Source: Methyloligellaceae bacterium (GTDB lineage Bacteria > Pseudomonadota > Alphaproteobacteria > Rhizobiales > CBDCYM01). From it: a stretch of DNA of 64,000 bases. The stretch lies in contig CBDCYM010000011.1 of NCBI GenBank assembly GCA_965224165.1, positions 1,522,877 to 1,586,876 on the forward strand, in the 5' to 3' direction. This document shows, piece after piece, positions 19,964 to 29,519 of the stretch. A program made the translations under genes and the position numbers. Each line of letters begins with the position of its first letter. The first letter of the stretch is position 1. Below the pieces are notes generated by a model. It was given only the letters and a program-made list of their open reading frames with translations. It did not search any database and was not told the DNA's origin.

Positions 19964-20347
19964 TTATTGAGGTTTTAAACGGATCCGGCGAATGACCTTG
20001 CCGGTTTGGAGATCAAGGATCGTAATCTCATCACCTTTTTGATTTTCAAGATGCAAAACTAAGTGGGTGCCATTTAGAGACATAGCTTTGACCTTGCTGC
20101 CTTGGGGCACAGATAAGTCAATATCGCTAGTCCTGGCGTTGGCCTTAGACTTTACAATCGCAGGATGATCAGTCTTACCTTTACCGAGCTGCGCAGCCTG
20201 ATAAACAAGGGCTATAATCATGACAGTAAAACCGATGACCAAAAGGAGCCCCATGACAATGACAATAACTTTAAGTATGCCTACTTGGCGCGGGGTCATG
20301 ACGGTCCCTTCCAAGGGCTGATTATCTGCGTCGATATTCTCTGTCAT
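19964..20347 (-). CDS. hypothetical membrane-anchored protein, 127 aa, single N-terminal TM helix
   Basis: Hydrophobic segment ILKVIVIVMGLLLVIGFTVMIIALV, good coding statistics, divergent from rluD. Confidence 0.5.
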   Translation of the reverse strand: MTENIDADNQPLEGTVMTPRQVGILKVIVIVMGLLLVIGFTVMIIALVYQAAQLGKGKTDHPAIVKSKANARTSDIDLSVPQGSKVKAMSLNGTHLVLHLENQKGDEITILDLQTGKVIRRIRLKPQ

Positions 20348-20366
20348 GACCTTATATCCATAGATA

Positions 20367-21392
20367 ATGCTCCACTCCGAAAATATGACATCCGCTCGTC
20401 CAGAAAAACACGCCTTCGTAGTTGATGATCATCAACAGGGAGTGCGCCTGGATCGTTTTCTCTCAGAACAACTCAGTACGTTGAGTCGCTCGCGTGTCAA
20501 AACCCTCATCAAAGAGGGACATGTGACTATTGACGAGCGCACCATAGAAGAGCCTAATTATCGGGTCAAACCCGGTGAGACCTTCACTATTAGTTTGCCT
20601 GCCCCTGAACCGGCCATTCCGCGCGGGGAACCTATTCCACTTAATGTCGTTTTCGAGGATGACGCCATTATTGTTATTGATAAGCCTGCCGGCCTGGTCG
20701 TTCATCCTGCCGCGGGCCATTGGACCGGCACGCTGGTCAATGCGCTTATTGCCCATTGTGGCGACAGCTTGTCAGGCATTGGTGGCGTGAAACGGCCGGG
20801 CATCGTGCATCGCATTGATAAAGAAACAAGCGGGCTTATGGTCGTAGCAAAAACAGATGCGGCACATAAGGCCTTAAGCAAGCAGTTCGCTAACCATGGC
20901 CGCGATGGTCAGCTTGAGCGAACTTATGCCGCTCTCGTTTGGGGTGTCCCAGAAAGGCCCAAGGGTACTATTAGCGCTCCACTTGGTCGCAAAGTAACCA
21001 ATCGGCAGAAAATGGCGGTTGTCGCTGAAGGCGGCAAAGAGGCCATCACGCATTATCAGGTTGTGAGGCGGTTTCCTGAACCGCCAGAAGCCCCTCCTCT
21101 CGTCAGCCTTATTCACTGTAGTTTGGAGACCGGCCGCACCCACCAGATCCGGGTGCATATGGCCCATATTGGTCATCCGCTTTTAGGAGATGCAACTTAT
21201 GGTGCAGGCTTTTCCGCCAGTGCACGCAAATTGCCTCAACTTGCCCAAGATGCTCTAACGGCTCTGGGCAGACAGGCCCTCCACGCCCAAACCCTCGCCT
21301 TTGTTCATCCTATTAAAGGTGAAAGATTGAGTTTTGAAAGTGAACTACCTAATGATTTTCAGGTAGTTTTTGATGCCCTAAGTCATTTGTAG
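20367..21392 (+). CDS. rluD: 23S rRNA pseudouridine synthase, RluA/RluD family
   Basis: S4 domain at the N-terminus, catalytic motif HRIDKETSGLMVVAKT, about 330 aa. Confidence 0.85.
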   Translation: MLHSENMTSARPEKHAFVVDDHQQGVRLDRFLSEQLSTLSRSRVKTLIKEGHVTIDERTIEEPNYRVKPGETFTISLPAPEPAIPRGEPIPLNVVFEDDAIIVIDKPAGLVVHPAAGHWTGTLVNALIAHCGDSLSGIGGVKRPGIVHRIDKETSGLMVVAKTDAAHKALSKQFANHGRDGQLERTYAALVWGVPERPKGTISAPLGRKVTNRQKMAVVAEGGKEAITHYQVVRRFPEPPEAPPLVSLIHCSLETGRTHQIRVHMAHIGHPLLGDATYGAGFSASARKLPQLAQDALTALGRQALHAQTLAFVHPIKGERLSFESELPNDFQVVFDALSHL

Positions 21393-21572
21393 GCTGATTA
21401 AATATAACATTACGATATATTCATTTTATATCCCCTGGAAACTTGGATAAAATAACATATCTATATGCAGCGAAAGATTTTTTTCATCATCGCGATTGAT
21501 ATAGTTTATGCATGACGATGGACACCGATAAGGATATTTTCGCAACAGAAATGTTGCGTTGATACAGTTTTT

Positions 21573-22457
21573 ATGGCGACAAGATCTCTCCCCACCGTCT
21601 CCTCCAGCCAAGGCGGGTTGTCACGTTATCTTCAGGAAATCCGGCGTTTTCCGATGTTGGAGCCTCAGGAAGAATACATGCTGGCCAAATGTTGGCGTGA
21701 GCACGGAGACCGCGATGCAGCACATAAACTCGTGACGAGTCATCTGAGACTTGTCGCGCGTATTGCTATGGGATATCGCGGTTATGGACTTCCGATAGGT
21801 GAGGTTATCTCTGAGGGAAATGTCGGCTTAATGCAGGCTGTGAAGCGTTTTGAACCCGAAAAGGGGTTCCGCCTTGCTACCTATGCCATGTGGTGGATAC
21901 GGGCCGCTATTCAGGAGTACATTCTCCGATCCTGGAGCCTGGTAAAGATGGGCACCACGGCAAGTCAGAAAAAGCTTTTTTTTAATCTGCGCAAAATCAA
22001 AGGACAAATACAGGCACTTGAAGATGGTGACCTTAAGCCTGACCAAGTGAAACAGATTTCCGAACAGTTGGGAGTTTCCGAAGATGATGTCGTCTCAATG
22101 AACAGACGGCTCTCTGGCGATAGTTCTCTAAACGCTCCGGTCCGCAATGATAATGAAAGCGGTGAGTGGCAAGACTGGCTTGTGGATGACAAACTCGACC
22201 AGGAAACTGTGTTGGCCGAGTCGGAAGAATTAGAGCAACGTCGCGAACTTTTAAAAGATGCCATTGCAACTTTGAATGACCGGGAAAAAAGGATTTTCAC
22301 GGCGCGTAGACTGGCGGAAAGCCCGCTAACGCTTGAGCAATTGTCAGGAGAGTTTGACGTGAGTCGTGAACGGATTCGTCAAATTGAGGTCAGAGCGTTT
22401 GAAAAAGTACAGGCAGCGGTTCAGAAGGCTGCTGCTGATAGTGCCCCCGCTGAATGA
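21573..22457 (+). CDS. rpoH: RNA polymerase sigma-32 heat-shock factor
   Basis: RpoH box QEYILRSWSLVKMGTT, sigma-70 regions 2 and 4, 294 aa. Confidence 0.9.
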   Translation: MATRSLPTVSSSQGGLSRYLQEIRRFPMLEPQEEYMLAKCWREHGDRDAAHKLVTSHLRLVARIAMGYRGYGLPIGEVISEGNVGLMQAVKRFEPEKGFRLATYAMWWIRAAIQEYILRSWSLVKMGTTASQKKLFFNLRKIKGQIQALEDGDLKPDQVKQISEQLGVSEDDVVSMNRRLSGDSSLNAPVRNDNESGEWQDWLVDDKLDQETVLAESEELEQRRELLKDAIATLNDREKRIFTARRLAESPLTLEQLSGEFDVSRERIRQIEVRAFEKVQAAVQKAAADSAPAE

Positions 22458-22734
22458 TGGCTATTGATTGTTAAGTTATCCCCCGTAACCCCTGACTGTG
22501 ATTTAAGTTGTTGACCAATTGCTCCAAATCATGTGATTTGGCTTTAAATGCGGTTTTCGCCACGATCCCGCCGCCTTTGGGCTACAAAGGGGGAGTAGGT
22601 AGGTCATTCGGAAGGAATGCACTTTGTATTGCGGTGACCAACTAACAAATGAATACAACCGCAAGAAAAGTAGAAATTGAGTCTCCGTCCTCAAATTGTT
22701 TTTGTAATTGTTTGTTCGGGTTAGGTGTTATGTG

Positions 22735-23361
22735 ATGCGCATTATTTTTCTGCTTCTTATGGGGGCACTGCTGTCAGCTTGCTCTAATCAAGCAGAAACC
22801 GCTTCAAATTTTGGTCCCATATCACCTGAAAGCTCCTTTTCACTTAATAATATTTTTGGTGGATCGTCGGACAAAACCAAGAGGACCGCCAAAGGGTCAA
22901 AGCTTGCTGCTTGTGTTAATAAAAAGATATCTTCAACTAAACCAACAACACTGCTCGGGGGGCTTTTTGGCCAAATAAGCGCTGAAGGCATATCTAAAAC
23001 TGTGACGGTTGGCCCCGAAATTCTCACCGCTTATGTGACAACACTGTTCAAGGCTCATAAAGATGATCCCTCCAAAGTTCGTGCAAATATCATCAGTCAT
23101 CGAAAGATTGATAAGACCTGCTTCGACCGGCAAATCGCTTATTGGTCGTTAGAAAAAAAACAGGATGTACAGCCAACATCTGCCAGCGGACCATCCCCGC
23201 TTCTTACAGGTGTTGAAGCAGCCGAGCAATATAAGCGTTCGCAAGATTTACTAATGCAGCTTTATGATAAGCTCGTAATATATATCAGTGATTCAAATGT
23301 TAACGTGGTCTCAGAACGAATCGCTCGTGATTACGTACCAACTTTGATTGAGCTGTTCTAA
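22735..23361 (+). CDS. hypothetical lipoprotein. Start taken at MRIIFLL…, while the longest ORF begins at 22708.
   Basis: Signal peptide plus lipobox LLSAC|S. No recognisable domain. Confidence 0.5.
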   Translation: MRIIFLLLMGALLSACSNQAETASNFGPISPESSFSLNNIFGGSSDKTKRTAKGSKLAACVNKKISSTKPTTLLGGLFGQISAEGISKTVTVGPEILTAYVTTLFKAHKDDPSKVRANIISHRKIDKTCFDRQIAYWSLEKKQDVQPTSASGPSPLLTGVEAAEQYKRSQDLLMQLYDKLVIYISDSNVNVVSERIARDYVPTLIELF

Positions 23362-23502
23362 ATCCTATCCCTCACGGAAACTTTTCTTATTTACGCTTTC
23401 ACCATATAGGATGGCGCACCGTAAGCTCGAGCCTCCTATGACCACCTCATATCTAAAATATTTTCGCTTAAAGCGGAAAGCTTCTAAAGGAATAAAGTCC
23501 GC

Positions 23503-24936
23503 ATGGATACTTCTCCGGATAAAAAATCGGCAAACACCAACAATGCCAAGTTTGTGACCGGGTCCACCATGCGGCACATCTTAGTGATGACGTCAACGGC
23601 CTCGGTCGGTTTGATGGCTATTTTTCTTGTTGATTTCGCCGATATGTACTTCCTGAGTCTTCTAGGCGAGGTCGAAGTAGCCGCCGCCATTGGCTATGCC
23701 GGATCGATACTGTTTTTCACAACATCGATCGGCATTGGTCTTTCGATTGCAGCTACAGCTTTGACATCACGCTCAATTGGGGCTGGCGAGTGGGAAAGAG
23801 CTCGCCGTACGGCCGTTAATTCTCTGCTATTTGCAACCGTGACCACACTTGTTCTTTCTTTGATCATTTGGCTATTTCTGTCGGACCTTCTAAAACTGCT
23901 TGGAGCAACAGGACGGGCCCATGAATTGGCTTTAGGCTATCTCCGCATCATTGTGCCTTCTATGCCGCTTTTAGCTCTCGGCATATGTTCGTCGGCTATT
24001 TTAAGATCTGTTGGAGATGCCAAAAGATCCATGTATGTGACGCTTGCTGGTGGCATGGTGAACGCTGTCCTGGATCCTATCTTCATTTTTGCTCTTGGTT
24101 TTGGCGTTGATGGTGCTGCAATTGCCTCGGTTTGCGCACGCATTGTCGTACTTATAGTAGGTTTGCACGGCGTTATCCGTGTCCATGATCTCATTGCACG
24201 ACCGGATTGGGAAAAATTTATTGATGACATTCTACCAATTTCGAAAATAGCGTTGCCAGCAATTCTCACCAATATTGCAACGCCTATCGGTAATGCTTAT
24301 GTCACCGCCGCCATAGCTCCTTTCGGTGATAGCCCGGTCGCCGGATGGGCGATTATCGGGCGTATTATCCCTGTCGCATTCGGAACAATTTTTGCGCTTT
24401 CCGGAGCTGTAGGTCCTATTCTTGGGCAGAATCTCGGTGCAAAACAATATGCCCGCGTACGACGTACTTTAACAGATGCTCTCATTTTTACCGGCTGTTA
24501 TGTCCTTATTGCTTGGGGCGTGCTTGCCCTGATTCATACGGAAATTGCCGCTCTCTTTGGCGTCGGTGGAGAAGCCAGAGAATTGATTAGATTTTTCTGT
24601 TTGTGGCTTGTCCCAACATTTACTTTTTTGGGTGCACTTTTTGTCACCAATGCCGCCTTTAATAATTTGCACCGTCCGCATTATTCTACCATCTTCAACT
24701 GGGCCCGTGCGACCCTTGGAACAATTCCCTTTGTCTATTTCGGCGGCCAATGGTTCGGCGCGGTCGGAGTAATCGCTGGAAATATGGTGGGTGGGCTTAT
24801 CTTCGGAACCTTGGCTGTTATTGTTTGTTACCTGCTGATAGACAAGCTCGCCGTCCACCCGGAACCAATGAAGACCGATGAGATTAAGTTACAGCGCCGC
24901 TGGCCTCTTTGGCCCTTCACGACCCCCAGAGGATGA
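23503..24936 (+). CDS. MATE family multidrug/sodium-driven efflux transporter
   Basis: 477 aa, 12 TM helices in a 6+6 arrangement, NorM-like composition. Confidence 0.75.
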   Translation: MDTSPDKKSANTNNAKFVTGSTMRHILVMTSTASVGLMAIFLVDFADMYFLSLLGEVEVAAAIGYAGSILFFTTSIGIGLSIAATALTSRSIGAGEWERARRTAVNSLLFATVTTLVLSLIIWLFLSDLLKLLGATGRAHELALGYLRIIVPSMPLLALGICSSAILRSVGDAKRSMYVTLAGGMVNAVLDPIFIFALGFGVDGAAIASVCARIVVLIVGLHGVIRVHDLIARPDWEKFIDDILPISKIALPAILTNIATPIGNAYVTAAIAPFGDSPVAGWAIIGRIIPVAFGTIFALSGAVGPILGQNLGAKQYARVRRTLTDALIFTGCYVLIAWGVLALIHTEIAALFGVGGEARELIRFFCLWLVPTFTFLGALFVTNAAFNNLHRPHYSTIFNWARATLGTIPFVYFGGQWFGAVGVIAGNMVGGLIFGTLAVIVCYLLIDKLAVHPEPMKTDEIKLQRRWPLWPFTTPRG

Positions 24937-25223
24937 TGAGCGGATCTTCACTCAATGTTAAAGAATTCCATTCAATAACTTCGTTAATAATGATAAGCTT
25001 ACGCATGTTAGTTAATTTTTGAGATGCGGATTTACAGAATGTCGTGCTTCTGCCATATTACTGATTTTATAAGGTATTAGAGCGGCAATCAGAGTAGTTA
25101 GTTGTGTAGGGAGACCGGGAGAAATACCGCACTTTAATTAGGGCAGGTGTGGCGTTAGCATCGCTCTAAGTGCCGCATCTTACAAACAAAGTGCAAGAAC
25201 CGGCTCCATGAGTAGGAGCGCTT

Positions 25224-25850
25224 ATGCTCTTTGACGTTATTGCCACTGCTCAAGGTGGACGTGCCATTGTCAATCTTGGATATCATTTTGGCTTGACCGA
25301 GGCACAAGCTGCAAACGCACTTTATCATGTGGTCCCAGAAATTGAATTTGGCTTGAGGCGCAGGTCCTCAAGTGATGAAGGTCTTGTTCGTCTGCTCCGT
25401 GTTTTGGGCACTGGGCGGTATGCTCATTGCTATGACGATCATAAGATCTTTTCGGATATCCATGTGGGCTATGATGGCGGATCAATTGTTGAGAGTGTGA
25501 TAGGGCCGGAACCAATTCAAAGAAGGCTTGTCAATCGCGTATCTCAGGTTACCGCTATTCATCCCGAAACATTGATGCAAATGCTTCCCTTCATAGCAGC
25601 CCTAACCATGGGCGCGATTGACCACAAAGCTCGTGTAAAGATAACGGCTCTTCTTAGGCGAGTCACTTCGGATCCTGCTAGGCGTGGTGCACTTACTAAG
25701 GATCCGTTTGGCACTGTTGCGAATATTATTTCGAGCAATGTTATGCATCGAGCTCGTAGCCGTGGTTATAAGAGCCTTGGCAGCAGGCTTCGTGATGTCA
25801 CGCCGGAGCGTTCTGTCCCAGCACCTGTATATGAAGGCGACACAGCTTAA
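25224..25850 (+). CDS. hypothetical protein, 208 aa (possibly DUF937-like)
   Basis: Clean ORF with typical codon usage and no diagnostic motif. The domain guess is weak. Confidence 0.45.
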   Translation: MLFDVIATAQGGRAIVNLGYHFGLTEAQAANALYHVVPEIEFGLRRRSSSDEGLVRLLRVLGTGRYAHCYDDHKIFSDIHVGYDGGSIVESVIGPEPIQRRLVNRVSQVTAIHPETLMQMLPFIAALTMGAIDHKARVKITALLRRVTSDPARRGALTKDPFGTVANIISSNVMHRARSRGYKSLGSRLRDVTPERSVPAPVYEGDTA

Positions 25851-27223
25851 TATGCATAGTCTCTAAAAACTGGGTCGACATGTCCTTCCCATTCTGTGTC
25901 ATATTGGGCGAGCATCTTTTCAGCGGATGTCCGCCCATCTTTAATAATGGCCTCTAACTCAGCTAGAAAAAGATTTTCTTCCGAAGCATCATTATTGATT
26001 AGCTTACGTGCTTTTAGTCCCTCTTTGGCAAGGATGATCGAGGCCCGCGCAACATCAAGAACGGTTCCCCCTCTAAAAGGTGTTGCCAACGCCATTTTCG
26101 GAACTGTGTCTCGCAACATTTGACGCTCTTCGGCAGTCCAATCTTTTACGAGCGCCCATGTAGCATCAAGGGTCGCGCTATCATAAAGCAATCCCACCCA
26201 AAATGCCGGAAGGGCACAAAGTCGCCGCCATGGCCCACCATCCGCGCCGCGCATTTCAAGAAATTTTTTCATGCGAACTTCAGGAAATAACGTTGTTAAA
26301 TGGTCAGACCAATCCGTTACTGTCGGTCGCTCATCCTTCAACGCTTCATGCCGTCCGTCTAAGAAAGCTCGAAACGTATTACTGGTCGCATCAATATACC
26401 GTCCACCGCGGTAAAGAAAATACATGGGCACATCAAGGGCATAATCCACATAGCGTTCGAACCCCATTCCGTCTTCAAAGACAAATGGCAACATGCCTGT
26501 CCGGTCAGGGTCCGTATTGCGCCAGACCTCGCTTCGATAGGAAAGGAAGCCGTTTGGTTTGCCGTCGGTAAAAGGTGAGTTCGCAAAAAGTGCCGTCGCA
26601 ATTGGTTGCATGGCCAGGGCCACGCGGAACTTTTTGCGCATATCCGCTTCATTTGCGAAGTCAAGATTTACTTGTACAGTGCAAGAGCGATACATCATGT
26701 CCAGACCAAGACGCCCGACTTTTGGCATATGGGCCGTCATGATGTCATAACGCCCTTTTGGCATGCGCGGCGTTTCCTCCAACCGCCATTTTGGAGAAAA
26801 GCCAAGCCCGAGAAATCCGATACCAAGTTGATCACCAACCCTGCGGACTTGTGAAAGATGTTCCTCCACCTCCCGGCATGTCTCATGTAGGCTGACGACT
26901 GGGGCACCTGAAAGTTCGAATTGTCCGCCAGGTTCAAGTGTAATTGACCCCCCTTGTGGACAGTCCCGTTGTTTAAGGCCAATGATGTTTGCCCCTTCCA
27001 TGATAGGTTCCCAGCCGAAACTTTGTGAAAGCCCCTCAAGCAGGGCTCGCACACCGCGCGGTCCTTCATAGGGAAGGGGGGTTAAGTCGTCCGTATGAAA
27101 TCCGAACTTTTCGTGCTCGGTTCCGATCCGCCACTCAGGACGTGGCTTGCATGCAGCTTCAAAATAACCGACCAGTGTGTCACGTGACTCGATCGGCAGG
27201 CTTTCGCCAACGCTGTCTGCCAT
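25847..27223 (-). CDS. gshA: glutamate-cysteine ligase, plant/alphaproteobacterial GCS2 type
   Basis: 458 aa with strong overall similarity to GCS2-family gamma-glutamylcysteine synthetases (…RMPKGRYDIMTAHMPKVGRLGLDMMYRSCTVQVNLDF…). Confidence 0.85.
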   Translation of the reverse strand: MADSVGESLPIESRDTLVGYFEAACKPRPEWRIGTEHEKFGFHTDDLTPLPYEGPRGVRALLEGLSQSFGWEPIMEGANIIGLKQRDCPQGGSITLEPGGQFELSGAPVVSLHETCREVEEHLSQVRRVGDQLGIGFLGLGFSPKWRLEETPRMPKGRYDIMTAHMPKVGRLGLDMMYRSCTVQVNLDFANEADMRKKFRVALAMQPIATALFANSPFTDGKPNGFLSYRSEVWRNTDPDRTGMLPFVFEDGMGFERYVDYALDVPMYFLYRGGRYIDATSNTFRAFLDGRHEALKDERPTVTDWSDHLTTLFPEVRMKKFLEMRGADGGPWRRLCALPAFWVGLLYDSATLDATWALVKDWTAEERQMLRDTVPKMALATPFRGGTVLDVARASIILAKEGLKARKLINNDASEENLFLAELEAIIKDGRTSAEKMLAQYDTEWEGHVDPVFRDYAY

Positions 27224-27287
27224 ATAAATCTCCTTGGCATCTGCTCAGCCAATTGCACTTAGGCTTTGGCTACAGCCCCTTTAAAGA

Positions 27288-28046
27288 TTATTTCTGCCAG
27301 TCGCCTAGCACAGCATTGACAAGTGCAAGTGCTGCAACGCCGGCTGTATCTGCCCTCATGATACGAGGTCCGAGCGAAATTGCCGTTACAAACGGCAAGC
27401 CCTTAAGCCATGTCTGCTCCTCTGTTTCAAAACCGCCTTCCGGCCCTATGAGAACTGCAAGTGGTCCTGGTTTTATGTCCCGGAGCTGATCAATAGGTGC
27501 CGCAATTTCTGCGCTCTCATCGCAATAAATCAGCGGCCGTTCATGTGTCCAACCCTTTAACGCCTGGGTGAGCTTCTGAGGCTCTTCAATGTCTGGAACA
27601 TGAAGAATGCCGCACTGTTCCGCCGCCTCAATAGCATTGGCGCGCATACGTTCCAAGTTTACACGAGCAACCTGGGTGCGGCTGGTGATCACAGGGTTCA
27701 GGACAGAAACACCCATTTCAACGGCTTTTTGAACCATATAATCCATGCGTGCACGCTTTAAAGGGGCGAAAAGGTAATGGATATCCTGTCCATTTTCTTG
27801 AGGACGAATCTGAACGACAATTCTTAATCGGCAATGGCCTTTACGAACTTCAATGAGGTGAGCGCGCCACTCACCGTCTTTGCCGTTAAAAACCGACACG
27901 TCATCTCCTTCCCGCAGCCGAAGGACATTGACTAAATAATTTGTCTGGTTTGCTGTACTTATATGCTCAGCATTGGAACTAAGGGGAGTTTCCACAAAAA
28001 GCCGGGGCGCAGAAAAATCAAAGCGGGGCACTAGGCCGCTTTCCAT
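27288..28046 (-). CDS. rsmE: 16S rRNA (uracil1498-N3)-methyltransferase, RsmE family
   Basis: RsmE-like N-terminal PUA-like region and C-terminal SPOUT domain, about 250 aa. Confidence 0.75.
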   Translation of the reverse strand: MESGLVPRFDFSAPRLFVETPLSSNAEHISTANQTNYLVNVLRLREGDDVSVFNGKDGEWRAHLIEVRKGHCRLRIVVQIRPQENGQDIHYLFAPLKRARMDYMVQKAVEMGVSVLNPVITSRTQVARVNLERMRANAIEAAEQCGILHVPDIEEPQKLTQALKGWTHERPLIYCDESAEIAAPIDQLRDIKPGPLAVLIGPEGGFETEEQTWLKGLPFVTAISLGPRIMRADTAGVAALALVNAVLGDWQK

Positions 28047-28585
28047 TTTATGGAGCAGCCCATGGAAGGAATTTGTTCTTTAGGACCGATGCCGGTTTCA
28101 GCCACCTGCTTCATTGCTTCAAAAAGGTCACGTCTAACATCCGTAGGCGCGGTTTCTTTCCGGCTTGCATCAAGTCGTCCGCGATATTGCAATTCGAGGT
28201 CCTTGTTAAAACCAAAAAAGTCCGGCGTACAAGCAGCATTATAAGCTTTTGCAACAGCCTGGGTTTCATCGTGCAAATAGGGAAATGTGAAGCCGTGCTC
28301 ATCGGCAAACCGTTTCATATTTTCAAATGAGTCATCCGGATAAGCTTCCGCATCATTTGCGCAGATGGCCACAGAGCGAATACCTAATGGTTCGAGGGCA
28401 GCAACTTCCCGTACAATCCGGTCAATCACCGATTTCACATAGGGGCAATGATTACAAATAAACATGATCAGCAAGCCCCGCTCACCCAGCATATCATCTC
28501 GACGGTATATATTGCCGTCTGTTCCGGGCAAGTGAAAGTCAGGTGCTGTCCAACCAAAATCACATATCGGTGTTTCTACAGGCAT
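28031..28585 (-). CDS. thioredoxin-fold thiol-disulfide oxidoreductase (CNHC active site)
   Basis: Active-site motif ICNHCPYV within a thioredoxin-like fold, 184 aa. Confidence 0.7.
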   Translation of the reverse strand: MPVETPICDFGWTAPDFHLPGTDGNIYRRDDMLGERGLLIMFICNHCPYVKSVIDRIVREVAALEPLGIRSVAICANDAEAYPDDSFENMKRFADEHGFTFPYLHDETQAVAKAYNAACTPDFFGFNKDLELQYRGRLDASRKETAPTDVRRDLFEAMKQVAETGIGPKEQIPSMGCSIKWKAA

Positions 28586-29101
28586 CGTGTTTCCTAGCAG
28601 AATTTTTCCAGTTTAATAGGTGGATGTTGATATTTGAAGGTGAAGCTTAGGTGAGTATCACATCTAATGCAATTCAGAGTTGACGCGGAAGGGTTTTTCA
28701 TATCATAATCCAAATATAGATATGAACGGAGGTTTAAGAAAATGACCCCTCCAAAAAGGTTCGAGCTATCCTGAGCGTGCTTTATTACAGCTTTTCCTTA
28801 GGATGGCATAATATTCCATAAGAAAGATCTTTGCGAAAGTTTAACTCCGAACGTATGGTGGGAGAGTATGCTTGTGGTATAGTTCCGAATACATTCAATT
28901 TCCACCTTTTGTTTGGAGTGATGCTTGATAGACCTGATGTGATCAGGTGGGCCATATGAGGCAGTAGTTACAACGTATGCTGTGCTGACATGGGGTTATC
29001 CGGGCGGAGCAACGTAAAGGACCTGCAAAATCGCGAGAGGCCCGACATCACTGAGTTAGGACTGTATCAAACGTAAGGAATTCAGTAAAAGTCAAGGAGG
29101 G

Positions 29102-29138
29102 GGCCTCGTGAACATGGACTCACGAGGCCCTTTTCTTG
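29102..29138 (+). terminator. Rho-independent terminator-like hairpin (ggcctcgtga-N8-tcacgaggcc followed by CTTTTCTT) with no annotated + strand gene upstream
   Basis: 10-bp perfect stem plus a T-rich tract on the + strand only. It is preceded by about 500 bp with no credible ORF. Confidence 0.4.
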
Positions 29139-29170
29139 CAGTATTTTTATACGAGTTGGACATCTTTAAG

Positions 29171-29257
29171 AACCATCCACCACCCCCTGCCACCCGCCAT
29201 ATTCTGCGATAATTAGGCGGGTGGCAGGGGGTGGCCCGAAGGGAGTATTTAGAGATG
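29171..29257. repeat. Long palindromic repeat element, copy 2 (each arm differently truncated)
   Basis: The core ctgccacccgcc-atattctgcgataattag-gcgggtggcag is identical to copy 3. The right arm keeps cccgaagggagtatttagagatgccc. Confidence 0.85.
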
Positions 29258-29340
29258 CCCAGTTGATTTATACCAATCCAACCTACAAGCTTGCCGGAAA
29301 TAATTGACTATCGAGGTTATTTTGTACATTTGATCCTTAT

Positions 29341-29450
29341 TGAGAGTCACTAGATCAATCTGCGTTCAAGTGGATTCACTTGAATGCAGAAAAATTGATC
29401 GATATCAAAGAAGTAGAGCATGTTAAGCGAACTCACTTGAGCGCAACATG
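29341..29450. repeat. Two-hairpin intergenic repeat, copy B (hairpin 1 at 29350-29379, hairpin 2 at 29404-29445)
   Basis: Aligns with 947-1056. Stem differences are compensatory: ccacg/cgtgg against ctgcg/tgcag, and catcc/ggatg against catgtt/aacatg. Confidence 0.7.
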
Positions 29451-29519
29451 CTCTAGAATGTGGGATGATACTCCCCGGTGACAGTATGATGTTGGGCGAA
29501 ATATTGGAGATCATATTTC

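Noticed and set aside
21400-21572. Possible sigma-32/sigma-70 promoter elements upstream of rpoH (CTTGGA … CATATCTA)
   Set aside because: Resemblance to consensus is weak and spacing is ambiguous. It cannot be supported from sequence alone.
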